A stretch of DNA of 64,000 nucleotides from NCBI GenBank assembly GCA_036986115.1, contig BTQY01000005.1, positions 3,210 through 67,209 of the forward strand. The letters run 5' to 3'. Under the pieces are notes generated by a model. The model was not told the origin of the DNA and did no database searches. It worked only from the letters and a program-made list of their open reading frames with translations. Shown here one piece after another: positions 39,109 through 50,758 of this stretch (the stretch's first letter is position 1; each line of letters starts with the position of its first letter). Source of the stretch: Gammaproteobacteria bacterium (GTDB lineage Bacteria > Pseudomonadota > Gammaproteobacteria > BTQY01). Position numbers and translations under genes: made by a program.

Positions 39109-40188
39109 ATGCAGAATGACCAAAATCCCGGCAACAACAGTGATGGCGATACAACGCCGGAGACTACCCCTGATAATGCCCCTGATAATACCCCTGATAA
39201 TACAGGGGAACATCCGTATAGTGGCCTGACCCCGGAAGTGATCCTCGCGGCCGTAGAGGCCTGTGGGCTGCCGGCCAGCGGCTCACTGCTGGCCATGAAC
39301 AGCTATGAAAACCGCGTCTACCAGATCGGTCTTGAGCAGGGCGGCTTTGTGATTGGCAAGTTTTATCGGCCACAGCGCTGGTCCGATGAGTCCATCCTCG
39401 AAGAGCACGAGTTCACACTGGCGCTGGCCGAGATGGAGATCCCGGTGGTGGCGCCAATGAGCATTCATGGGCAAACCCTGATGAGCCACCAGGGCTTTCG
39501 CCTGGCGCTGTTCCCTCGCCAGGGTGGCCGCAGCCCTGAACTCGATAATCCGCAGCATCTGGAATGGATCGGACGCTTCATCGGTCGTATACATCTACTT
39601 GGTAGCGCACGGGCATTTTTGCATCGACCCGAGATAGACGTACAGAGCTTTGGCATCGAGTCATATAACTATTTGATTAATAATGATTTTATACCGCCTG
39701 AGTTGATGCCGGCCTTCACCACCACGGCTGAAGATGTGCTCAGGCAGTGTCAGCAGCTGTTTTCCCAGGTGCCGGATTATCGGCGACTGCGCCTGCATGG
39801 GGATTGCCACCCGAGCAATGTGCTGTGGACCGACGCTGGTCCGCACTTTGTCGATCTGGATGATTGTCGTATGGGGCCCGCGATGCAGGACCTGTGGATG
39901 CTGCTGTCCGGTGATCAGGTCGAGATGCAGCAGCAATTGTTTCAATTACTGGAAGGTTATACGGATTTTGCCGATTTCGATCCCCGCGAATGCCTGTTGC
40001 TGGAGGCGTTGCGGTCGTTACGGATACTGCACTATGCCGCCTGGCTGGCCAGGCGCTGGGGTGATCCCGCCTTTCCCCACAGTTTTCCATGGTTTAATAC
40101 GCCGCGTTACTGGGAGGAGCAAATATTGTGCCTGCGGGAACAGCTGTCTGCGATGTCAGAAGAACCACTCAGGACCCGGCCGCAGTAA
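39109..40188 (+). CDS. srkA: Stress-response Ser/Thr kinase SrkA (YihE/RdoA) with low-complexity N-terminal extension
   Basis: Core from GLTPEVILAAVEA onward is colinear with RdoA. First ~40 aa contain PDN(A/T) repeats. Confidence 0.85.
   Translation: MQNDQNPGNNSDGDTTPETTPDNAPDNTPDNTGEHPYSGLTPEVILAAVEACGLPASGSLLAMNSYENRVYQIGLEQGGFVIGKFYRPQRWSDESILEEHEFTLALAEMEIPVVAPMSIHGQTLMSHQGFRLALFPRQGGRSPELDNPQHLEWIGRFIGRIHLLGSARAFLHRPEIDVQSFGIESYNYLINNDFIPPELMPAFTTTAEDVLRQCQQLFSQVPDYRRLRLHGDCHPSNVLWTDAGPHFVDLDDCRMGPAMQDLWMLLSGDQVEMQQQLFQLLEGYTDFADFDPRECLLLEALRSLRILHYAAWLARRWGDPAFPHSFPWFNTPRYWEEQILCLREQLSAMSEEPLRTRPQ
39160..39215 (+). repeat. In-frame 12-bp tandem repeat (CCCCTGATAAT[GC/AC]) x3-4 encoding PDNAPDNTPDNT in the SrkA N-terminal extension
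   Basis: cctgataatgcccctgataatacccctgataatacagg. Confidence 0.8.
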
Positions 40189-40280
40189 ACCTGTGTGATG
40201 CCTCATTCCTTCCCTGTTTTCCCGGCATCGCAATATTGAGGTGCCCGTAAGGGCCTGCCGCGACGTAATCAGTACCGATC

Positions 40281-40478
40281 CTAGACCGGGTTATTCAGAT
40301 TGGTCGTGAAATCATTGCCGGGATGCTCCACCGCCAGGTTTATATACTCCTGTCTGGTTTCCTCGGATTCGAAGTAAATTTTCAGGGCATTTTTGCCCTT
40401 GCCTTCGACTACGAAGGGATGATGCTCCGGGTTCTGCACGTCGTGCAGTGTGATGGGATCTGTGGTTGTGGTTCTCAT
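40281..40478 (-). CDS. Small hypothetical protein (65 aa)
   Basis: Strong Shine-Dalgarno AAGGAGG 7 nt upstream of the ATG. No recognisable family. Confidence 0.4.
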   Translation of the reverse strand: MRTTTTDPITLHDVQNPEHHPFVVEGKGKNALKIYFESEETRQEYINLAVEHPGNDFTTNLNNPV

Positions 40479-40771
40479 ATCAAATCCTCCTTAATGAAGC
40501 ATTGCTATCTCGTGACTATCTAAAATATAAATTAAAGAAGTATAAAAATCATTGACCTGGATCAAAAATTCCCTGTAATCTTGTATTTGAAAGCCGGTGC
40601 CATTTGGCTTAACTGTGCACAGGATCTCGCTGGCTACCTGGGCTGTACATACTTTATAAAATGACTCTATAACCAGTGGCTTGATCAGGGATCCATGATT
40701 AAGTAACAATGTGACTCAGGGGAAATAACGCCAGTAACCATCTCGACGATAACGATAAAGGACAGGACACT

Positions 40772-41143
40772 ATGGAATTATTTATCGGACCACTAACGGG
40801 CAATATCATGGGCAGGGACATCACGAATTTTTTTAATGGGTTTAACCAGCGCTGTAGTGTCCAGATATTCAGCCGCAAGGACAAGTATTTTAAGGAGGCA
40901 TACCGGTATGCCGTTGTTGATATCGAACCTGAGCGGTTGGCGAGAAAAGCGCTCAAATGCCTGAATATGAAACCACTGGATCGTCTGAGGGTCGTTGTCA
41001 GGGCATTCAGCCACCGTGCCTGCAATAATGAACGTCGTGATGTGAGCTGGCGCGGCAAAAACTGGCACAGTGGTGAAAGGCGGAATATCGATCGTCGGCA
41101 TGGCAAGGTAGAACGTGATATTGAGCCGAGCTTTGAGGTCTAG
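40772..41143 (+). CDS. RRM-like small RNA-binding protein with basic C-terminal tail (paralog A)
   Basis: N-terminal LFIGPL resembles RNP-2 of RRM. Clear paralog of 43307..43678 (shared RYA.V.I; L.VR.F.HR..NNE.RD..WR...ERR..RR.G). Confidence 0.55.
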   Translation: MELFIGPLTGNIMGRDITNFFNGFNQRCSVQIFSRKDKYFKEAYRYAVVDIEPERLARKALKCLNMKPLDRLRVVVRAFSHRACNNERRDVSWRGKNWHSGERRNIDRRHGKVERDIEPSFEV

Positions 41144-41186
41144 GTTGATCTTGCCAACAAGCTGTTCTGGTTGTATTTAAAGAGAT

Positions 41187-42536
41187 ATGTCCAGACATTA
41201 TGATCTTATTGCCATTGGTGGTGGTAGCGGCGGTCTGTCTGCCGCGGAACAGGCGGCGCTATATGGCAAGCGTTGCGCCGTTATTGAATCCGGCGACATG
41301 GGTGGCACCTGTGTGAACGTGGGCTGTGTGCCGAAGAAAGTCATGTGGTATGGCGCCAATCTTGCGCATGCACTTGGTGATGCGACGGATTATGGTTTTG
41401 ACGTGACGGTCAATGGCTTCGACTGGAATGCACTGGTGAACGCGCGCGAGACTTACATCAAGGGCATTAACGACTGGTATCACACCTACCTGGCCGATTC
41501 GAATATCGATGAGATCAGCGGCCATGCAAAATTTATCGATGCACACACGCTTGAGGTAAACGGGCAGCGATATACCGCAGCCCATATCGTCATTGCACCG
41601 GGGAGTTATCCGCTCATGCCGGATATCCCGGGTGCCGAACATGGCATTACCTCGGATGGTTTTTTTGCGTTGCGCAGGCAACCTGAACGCGTCGCGGTAG
41701 TGGGTGCTGGCTATATCGCCGTCGAGCTTGCCGGAGTGCTGAATAGTCTTGGCAGTGATGTTAGCTTGCTGTTACGTCGTGAACACTTTCTGTCCAGTTT
41801 TGATGCGATGTTAAGAGAGACTCTGATGGAAGAGATGGTGAATAATGGCGTCAAGATTATTCCACGCACCATTGTCGAAAGAGTCAGTAAAGAGAATGAT
41901 GGCAAATTGACCTTGCACTACAGTGATGGCCAGCAACTCACGGGTATGGATTGTGTTATATGGGCCATAGGCCGCTCACCGAACACCGGCGATCTTGATT
42001 TGTCAGTGACCGGCGTGAGCATGGACGAGCGTGGTTATATTCCGACGGATGAATTTCAGAACACCAATGTGGATGGCCTCTATGCCGTCGGTGATGTGAC
42101 CGGCCGTGCGCAGCTGACACCAGTGGCGATTACTGCCGCAAGGCGCCTGTCTGATCGGTTGTTTAATCACCAAACTGACAGAAAACTCGATTATGAGAAT
42201 ATTCCGACGGTAGTATTCAGTCATCCGCCGATTGGCAGCGTCGGTCTCAGTGAAGAACAGGCGCGTGAAATTCATGGCAATGCCGTCAAGATATACCAGA
42301 GTCGCTTCACGCCGATGTCACATGCCTTTACCCGGCACAAGGTACAAACGGCATTAAAACTGGTGACGGTCGGCGCGCAGGAAAAGATCGTCGGCTGCCA
42401 TGTGATTGGTCCCGGTGCCGACGAGATGTTGCAGGGTTTTGCCGTCGCCATCAAGATGGGCGCCACCAAGAAAGATTTTGATAACACTGTGGCGATCCAT
42501 CCGAGCAGTGCGGAAGAGCTGGTCACGATGCGCTAG
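41187..42536 (+). CDS. gor: Glutathione-disulfide reductase
   Basis: FAD motif GGGSGG, redox-active [14 protein letters not shown]-terminal [12 protein letters not shown]. Confidence 0.9.
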   Translation: MSRHYDLIAIGGGSGGLSAAEQAALYGKRCAVIESGDMGGTCVNVGCVPKKVMWYGANLAHALGDATDYGFDVTVNGFDWNALVNARETYIKGINDWYHTYLADSNIDEISGHAKFIDAHTLEVNGQRYTAAHIVIAPGSYPLMPDIPGAEHGITSDGFFALRRQPERVAVVGAGYIAVELAGVLNSLGSDVSLLLRREHFLSSFDAMLRETLMEEMVNNGVKIIPRTIVERVSKENDGKLTLHYSDGQQLTGMDCVIWAIGRSPNTGDLDLSVTGVSMDERGYIPTDEFQNTNVDGLYAVGDVTGRAQLTPVAITAARRLSDRLFNHQTDRKLDYENIPTVVFSHPPIGSVGLSEEQAREIHGNAVKIYQSRFTPMSHAFTRHKVQTALKLVTVGAQEKIVGCHVIGPGADEMLQGFAVAIKMGATKKDFDNTVAIHPSSAEELVTMR

Positions 42537-42593
42537 ACAATCAAAGTATTTATCCAGTGTTCACTGCGATTAAATACACTAGTATTAGATCCT

Positions 42594-43130
42594 ATGACAA
42601 TTAAAACATTTGCAGGCATTAGCCCGGAAATATCGTCCTCTGCCTATGTCGATGAGGCGGCGCTGGTATTAGGCGAGGTAACGCTCGCCGAGGATGTCTC
42701 TATCTGGCCGATGTCGGTGGTGCGTGGTGATGTCAATCGTATCGAGATTGGTGCCCGCACCAATATACAGGATGGCTCGGTGCTGCACGTGACTCATGAT
42801 AGTGAATATGCCCCGGGTGGTTTTCCACTGTTGATCGGCGAGGATGTCACGGTGGGCCATAAGGTGATCCTGCATGCCTGCACGGTGGGAAATTATTGCC
42901 TGGTGGGTATGGGGGCGACGGTACTTGATGGCGCGGTACTGGAAGACCGGGTCATGCTGGGGGCCGGCAGCCTGGTGTCTCCGGGCAAGGTGCTGGAGGG
43001 CGGCTATCTATGGCTGGGCAGTCCGGCGCGCAGGGTACGCGAACTGACCGCCAGCGAACTTGCCTGGCTGGAATATTCGTCTCGTCACTATGTAGAGTTG
43101 AAACAGCGCCATCAGGCGGCCCTCGGATAA
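42594..43130 (+). CDS. yrdA: Gamma-carbonic anhydrase family protein (YrdA/PaaY-like hexapeptide repeat)
   Basis: Left-handed beta-helix hexapeptide repeats; His ligands (HVTHD, ILHAC). Confidence 0.85.
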   Translation: MTIKTFAGISPEISSSAYVDEAALVLGEVTLAEDVSIWPMSVVRGDVNRIEIGARTNIQDGSVLHVTHDSEYAPGGFPLLIGEDVTVGHKVILHACTVGNYCLVGMGATVLDGAVLEDRVMLGAGSLVSPGKVLEGGYLWLGSPARRVRELTASELAWLEYSSRHYVELKQRHQAALG

Positions 43131-43306
43131 TATCCTGTAAGTCATTGATTTAACAGGGGCTGATAATGCCTGTAGGATGTTACCTACAAAAAGTACCAGC
43201 GATTACCGATAGGTTAAATTTTCCAAAGATTCATAATGTCATGGCAAGGATGCTTGCACACGGAAGTGCTAGATTTTAATGCTCAGGTGATCCCGGGGGA
43301 GTAACC

Positions 43307-43678
43307 ATGGATTTATATATCGGCAATATCTCTTCAAATACGACTGAAATAGATATCACACAATTCATCTGCAACAACGCTGGTGTCAGGGACTTTAACC
43401 GCGTTAACATTGTGCAGAAACACCAGGCCGGTAAATTAAATCGCTATGCAATGGTCGGTATTGTGTCGGCAAAGCAGGCACGTAATGCTATCAGTAAAAT
43501 AAATGGCATGGCGCTACGTGGTGAGAGATTGCTGGTCAGGGAGTTTTGTCATCGCACCAGTAACAACGAACAGCGTGACCTGAACTGGCGCACCCGGGTA
43601 TGGCAGGGTGACGAACGTCGCATGGTTGAACGCCGGGGCGGTGGTCTTATTCTTGAAGGCGGCGTATCTGCTGCCTGA
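43307..43678 (+). CDS. RRM-like small RNA-binding protein with basic C-terminal tail (paralog B)
   Basis: LYIGNIS RNP-2-like start. ~35% identity to 40772..41143 over the full length. Confidence 0.55.
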   Translation: MDLYIGNISSNTTEIDITQFICNNAGVRDFNRVNIVQKHQAGKLNRYAMVGIVSAKQARNAISKINGMALRGERLLVREFCHRTSNNEQRDLNWRTRVWQGDERRMVERRGGGLILEGGVSAA

Positions 43679-44495
43679 GCTCTTTCAGTACCGGCCCGGT
43701 CCGGGGCCGGACACCACGCCAGATATAAAACGATTCCGCGGCCTGTTCCACTAACATCCCGAAACCATCCACAGACGTCCCTGCCGCATGATTCTCACCC
43801 CACTGAACAAACACGGTGGGTTCGGCGCTGTACATCATGTCATAACAAACACCACCCTTGATAAGCACGCTATCAGGTAATCGCGGCAGCTTGCCTTCCA
43901 GGCTGGCCGCGGTGCCATTAATGATGATGTCAAACTGCCGGCCCTCAAGATCGTCTAACCCGCAACCGCTGACACAGATACCTGCCTCCTGCCATTGGTT
44001 ACTGGCCAGTGCAAGCTCTTCTGCCCTGGAAGCGGTGCGATTGGCGATCACCAGCGATTCTGGTTGTGTGGCGAGCAATGGATTGATGACGCCCCTGACA
44101 GCACCACCGGCACCGAGCAACAGGATGCGCCTGTCCATCAGTGTGGTCTTGAGATTATTCAGCAGGTCATTCACCAGCCCTACGCCGTCGGTGTTATCAC
44201 CTTTGAGCTCATTGTCGTCGCCCATCCACAATGTATTAACAGCGGCAGCGTGACTGGCGCGCTCAGTCAGTATGGCGGCAAGTTCAAAGGCCTGCCGCTT
44301 GAAAGGCACAGTGACATTCAGGCCTTTTCCACCATGGTGAAAGAATTCATCAATACTGGCGCTGAAGTCATCCAGCGGGGCAAGCAGGGTATCGTAATGA
44401 ACATCTTCACCGGTCTGTTTTGCAAAGGCCGCGTGAATTTGCGGTGATTTGCTATGCGCAACAGGGTTGCCGATGACAGCGTAGTGATCACTCAT
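43647..44495 (-). CDS. aroE: Shikimate dehydrogenase
   Basis: YAVIGNPVAHSKSPQIH N-terminus; NAD(P) motif GAGGA. Confidence 0.9.
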   Translation of the reverse strand: MSDHYAVIGNPVAHSKSPQIHAAFAKQTGEDVHYDTLLAPLDDFSASIDEFFHHGGKGLNVTVPFKRQAFELAAILTERASHAAAVNTLWMGDDNELKGDNTDGVGLVNDLLNNLKTTLMDRRILLLGAGGAVRGVINPLLATQPESLVIANRTASRAEELALASNQWQEAGICVSGCGLDDLEGRQFDIIINGTAASLEGKLPRLPDSVLIKGGVCYDMMYSAEPTVFVQWGENHAAGTSVDGFGMLVEQAAESFYIWRGVRPRTGPVLKELRQQIRRLQE

Positions 44496-44496
44496 A

Positions 44497-45753
44497 CTAT
44501 GTTGAGAATATGCCCTTTAATATATAAAAGAATAATATCGACAATAAGGCACCGGCGGGCAAGGTCACAATCCATGACAGGAAGATCGTGCGTACTACAT
44601 TCATATTAAGCGCGGCGATACCCCGTGCCAGGCCGACCCCCAGTACAGCACCCACCAGGGTCTGTGTGGTGGAAATCGGTAAACCAGTCCCGGAAGCCAG
44701 CACGACGGTGGTGGCTGCAGCAAGTTCACAGGCAAAACCACGGCTGGGAGTAAGTTCAGTGATGTGTTTACCGATAGTGGCCATCACACGGGAACCGTAC
44801 ATCATCAGTCCCAGAACAATACCGCCACCACCGAGGAGTAGTACCCAGACAGGTAATGCAGATTTTTGAACGACTTCACCACCGCTTTGTACCACACCAA
44901 CGATAGCCGCAACAGGACCAATGGCATTGGCAACATCATTGGAACCGTGCGCAAAGGCCATAGCAGAGGCAGTGACCACCATGAGTACTGAAAAGACCTT
45001 TTCTACATTAGCAAAATGGAAGTCCTTGTCTGCGGCAGGATCTACTTTAATACGCCGGATGAAAAATATGCCGATGAACATAACAATGAGTCCGATGACA
45101 ACAGCAAGCAAATAACTCTGGCCGCGTGTTATTTCCAGACCTACGTGCTTAAGGCCTTTAAACATAGAAACTAATGCGATGATAAAGCCCGTGAGAAAAA
45201 TATAGATGGGAACAAAGCGTTTGGCATTTTTTAAGGGTTCGTCGGTGTTGAGAATAAAATATTGCACGCTGCGGAACAGCCAATAAGAGAGGATTCCGGC
45301 AATGAAAGGAGAGACGATCCAGCTCATTACAATAGAACCGACTTTGCTCCATTTCACTACATCCATACCTATACCAACCGCCGCGAAGCCAACAATGGCG
45401 CCGACGATGGAATGGGTGGTGGAAACTGGCCAGCCCGAACGTGAGGCGACGAATAACCAGGTGCCGGCAGCGAGCAAAGAGGCCAGCATACCGAAGACCA
45501 GTAAGTCCGGGTTACTCGCGAGTATTCCTGGATCAATGATGCCCTTACGAATAGTTGAGGTGACCTGACCACCGGCCAGGAAGGCGCCTAAAAATTCAAA
45601 TATAGCAGCGATGATTACTGCCTGTCTGATGGTGATGGCGCCAGAACCCACCGAGGTCCCCATGGCATTGGCGACATCATTGGCGCCAATTCCCCAGGCC
45701 ATAAACAGGCCAAACACAACCGCCAATACGATATATGCAACCTCGAATTCCAT
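44497..45753 (-). CDS. pitA: Low-affinity inorganic phosphate transporter, PiT family
   Basis: GANDVANA signature repeated twice; polytopic. Confidence 0.9.
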   Translation of the reverse strand: MEFEVAYIVLAVVFGLFMAWGIGANDVANAMGTSVGSGAITIRQAVIIAAIFEFLGAFLAGGQVTSTIRKGIIDPGILASNPDLLVFGMLASLLAAGTWLFVASRSGWPVSTTHSIVGAIVGFAAVGIGMDVVKWSKVGSIVMSWIVSPFIAGILSYWLFRSVQYFILNTDEPLKNAKRFVPIYIFLTGFIIALVSMFKGLKHVGLEITRGQSYLLAVVIGLIVMFIGIFFIRRIKVDPAADKDFHFANVEKVFSVLMVVTASAMAFAHGSNDVANAIGPVAAIVGVVQSGGEVVQKSALPVWVLLLGGGGIVLGLMMYGSRVMATIGKHITELTPSRGFACELAAATTVVLASGTGLPISTTQTLVGAVLGVGLARGIAALNMNVVRTIFLSWIVTLPAGALLSILFFYILKGIFST

Positions 45754-45767
45754 AGTGATTCCCCCGG

Positions 45768-46445
45768 TTAGCGTGCCAACATCAGTTCGAGGCGGCTGCC
45801 GACCCGTTGCGAAAGATCGGCCAGTTCACCAATCCATTCGATGATCTTGTAGAGGAAGATCACATGTACGGGGGGTAATTCATCCTCAAGTGCATACAGC
45901 TTGGAACGAATTGTGATTTGCAGGCGGTCGGTTTCACTTTCTATCTTATCCAGCTTTTTTATCATTTCTTCTACAATGTTAATCTCTTTCCCACTAAAGC
46001 CTGTCTCGACCAGCTCATCCAGTTCATTGATGGCGGTCTGCGCTTGCCGGGATGCATCAATGCAACGTTTAACGAATTCCAGAACATCGTCACCCATCCC
46101 GTTTGGGAAGGACATTTTTCTGCCAGTAATAAGTCCCGCGATATCCTTTGCCTTATTGGCTATTTTGTCCTGCATGGTGATAACTTCCAGCAGATCTCTT
46201 CTGGATACCGGCATGAACAAACTTCTAGGCATATGTAAACGTAGTTCTCGTTTGAGAACATCTGCATCACGTTCCAGTTGAGAGATTTCTTTTTGTTTTT
46301 CCCTGGCGTCATTCCAGTTGTCACTGATGACGGCTTCCATAAAGGGAATCAGCCTGGCAATGCATGCCTGGACACTTTCCATATGTTTTTGCAGGGGTCT
46401 GACAGGGGATGAGCCGAACAGGCTCGAAATGGTAGTGCGTACCAT
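45768..46445 (-). CDS. DUF47/PhoU-like Pit accessory protein
   Basis: All-alpha 225-aa protein immediately upstream of pitA; matches YkaA/TIGR00153-type architecture. Confidence 0.8.
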   Translation of the reverse strand: MVRTTISSLFGSSPVRPLQKHMESVQACIARLIPFMEAVISDNWNDAREKQKEISQLERDADVLKRELRLHMPRSLFMPVSRRDLLEVITMQDKIANKAKDIAGLITGRKMSFPNGMGDDVLEFVKRCIDASRQAQTAINELDELVETGFSGKEINIVEEMIKKLDKIESETDRLQITIRSKLYALEDELPPVHVIFLYKIIEWIGELADLSQRVGSRLELMLAR

Positions 46446-46606
46446 ATTGCTCTTACTCCTTCTCTACTTGATGCTGCCCATCAGCACCGGGTCATTTTTT
46501 CTCTTTGTATATGGCGCGAAGTATACCGTGTGATTTTTCAAAAGCAACCCTTAAATTTAATTATTTTATAAAAACATTTGCCAACAAAATCTGTAAAAAA
46601 TTATCA

Positions 46607-47668
<1,062 letters not shown>

Positions 47669-47795
47669 CTAGCGTGGCTATTGCCTCAGTACACGTACGG
47701 GATGACGCGACTTGTGCCCCATGCCATTGAATGACCAATATTGTGAACTTACCGGCTATGGGCGGGTCTTTAGATACTGGTATAATAAGGCAACC

Positions 47796-48302
47796 ATGAT
47801 GTTAAAGATATTCAGGATAATCAGTTTGTTCGCTGCAATGGCCGTCGCCAGCAGCAGTTTTTCAGCAACCGTAGTGGGCCCCGAGGTGGGCCAGAAGGCC
47901 CCGGAATTCAGCATCAACAACCTGGATGGCAAGCCGGTGACACTGCAGGATCTGACCAGTAAGGGCCATGTCATGCTGATCTTCTGGTCAACGCGCTGCC
48001 CGTTTTGCCATGCCCTGATCCCGAATTTCAGGGAGATCGATCAAAAATACCGGGGCAAGGGCCTCACGCTGGCCGCACTGAATGTTGGTCTGGAAAAGCA
48101 GGCCGAGGTCGAGGCCTATGTGCTGGAGTACGGTCTGGATTATCTGGTGTTAAATGAGGATGCCAAAAAAGAACAATTGGCCGAGAAATACCTGCTAGTG
48201 GGAACGCCCACTATCCAGGTAATTTCACCTGACGGTATGGTGTTGTATCAAGGTCATTTCCTGCCCAAGGATCTGGAGGGCCTGTTAAAGCCCGGGCCCT
48301 GA
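47796..48302 (+). CDS. TlpA/ResA-like periplasmic thiol:disulfide oxidoreductase (redoxin)
   Basis: Start moved to the ATG after a TATAAT box. Signal peptide; CxxC = CPFC in WSTRCPFCH context. Confidence 0.75.
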   Translation: MMLKIFRIISLFAAMAVASSSFSATVVGPEVGQKAPEFSINNLDGKPVTLQDLTSKGHVMLIFWSTRCPFCHALIPNFREIDQKYRGKGLTLAALNVGLEKQAEVEAYVLEYGLDYLVLNEDAKKEQLAEKYLLVGTPTIQVISPDGMVLYQGHFLPKDLEGLLKPGP

Positions 48303-48338
48303 GGGCATGAATGAATATGGCAAGTAGTATCACCTGCC

Positions 48339-48515
48339 TTATTCATCCATATGACGTACTACCCACGGTTGAACCAGGGCCGCCACGGCCAGTGCCAGCA
48401 TCGCATCGCGCATGCTCAGGTTGCGTAATATTTCGGTAGAGGCATAGGCCTCAGGGTCCTGAAACAGCAACACGGCCAGCGCGATCATAAGTCCATAAAA
48501 GATTCGTATATACAT
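48339..48515 (-). CDS. Putative 58-aa two-helix membrane peptide (below the ORF-track length cutoff)
   Basis: Hand translation: MYIRIFYGLMIALAVLLFQ...AMLALAVAALVQPWVVRHMDE. GAGGGGA SD 8 nt upstream. Confidence 0.25.
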   Translation of the reverse strand: MYIRIFYGLMIALAVLLFQDPEAYASTEILRNLSMRDAMLALAVAALVQPWVVRHMDE

Positions 48516-48820
48516 TGTTCTGTCCCCTCATCGGGTTAAATTAACGTTTTGCCCAGCGGTTTTATCCAACTGGCAAGTGTAATTCTAGGAGGGGGGCAAG
48601 AAACTATCTGTGGACTCAATCCCAATCTTCGCGTGAGCTTGGTCACAGATCTGACATTTATTGCCAAAATGTGACCATTTGTGACAGGGGTCACTCCGGG
48701 CGCGTGTGAAATGTCGCATAGCAGCAATAATATTAATTATAACAATGTGTTAGCATACTTTTGCGGCGATTTACTGGCTCATAACGGCCTTATTGGCGGT
48801 AAATGGGTTTAAAAAAATTA

Positions 48821-49092
48821 TTAGTCCGCAAATGAACGCAAATGAACGCAAATAAAACCTATATACCTATATATAGTAAAAAAGCATAATGAGGCGCCCA
48901 GAATAGATCTGCTTTTCTTGTTGCCTTTGCATCCGGTTTGATCAATCCTCACGGCCCCTCTTATGTCAAGGGAGGGGTATATAAACGGGAAAGAAAGCCT
49001 GAATCCCTCTCTGCTCAGCAGCTGCTACCATAAACGATTTCTTAATGAAGGTTTTATTTGCGTTTATTTGCGTTCATTTGCGGACTGCATTA
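48821..49092. mobile_element. Non-coding MITE-like element (~270 bp) with ~38-bp terminal inverted repeats of the same family
   Basis: Left AGTCCGCAAATGAACGCAAATGAACGCAAATAAAACC (48826-48862). Right reverse-complement AGTCCGCAAATGAACGCAAATAAACGCAAATAAAACC. Internal GCAAATGAAC decamer tandem copies. Interior contains a CCCCTC..GAGGGG hairpin. Confidence 0.55.
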
Positions 49093-49132
49093 AGATTTTT
49101 ATTCGCCTTATATGGTGATGACAGGTTTGATG

Positions 49133-50631
<1,499 letters not shown>

Positions 50632-50701
50632 ATGGGTTCAATGGGGGGGTAAGTGAATAGTAATTTGTGAATAGTGAGGGGTGAGGAAATTAACCCCTTA
50701 C

Positions 50702-50757
50702 CAATCACCATTCACCAATCACCAATCACTAATCACTAATCACCAATCACCAATCAC
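50702..50757. repeat. Heptanucleotide tandem repeat (C/T)A(A/T)TCAC x8 in the purE-tsaC intergenic/promoter region
   Basis: CAATCAC CATTCAC CAATCAC CAATCAC TAATCAC TAATCAC CAATCAC CAATCAC. Preceded by a G7 homopolymer at 50644-50650 (12 nt upstream of the tsaC ATG on the minus strand). Confidence 0.85.
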
Positions 50758-50758
50758 C

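Noticed and set aside
39099-39296. 65-aa minus-strand ORF with GVLSGALSGVVSG repeats
   Set aside because: Antisense translation of the srkA N-terminal tandem repeat.
50702-50757. Possible CRISPR array
   Set aside because: 7-bp units with no spacers; this is a simple-sequence repeat, not CRISPR.
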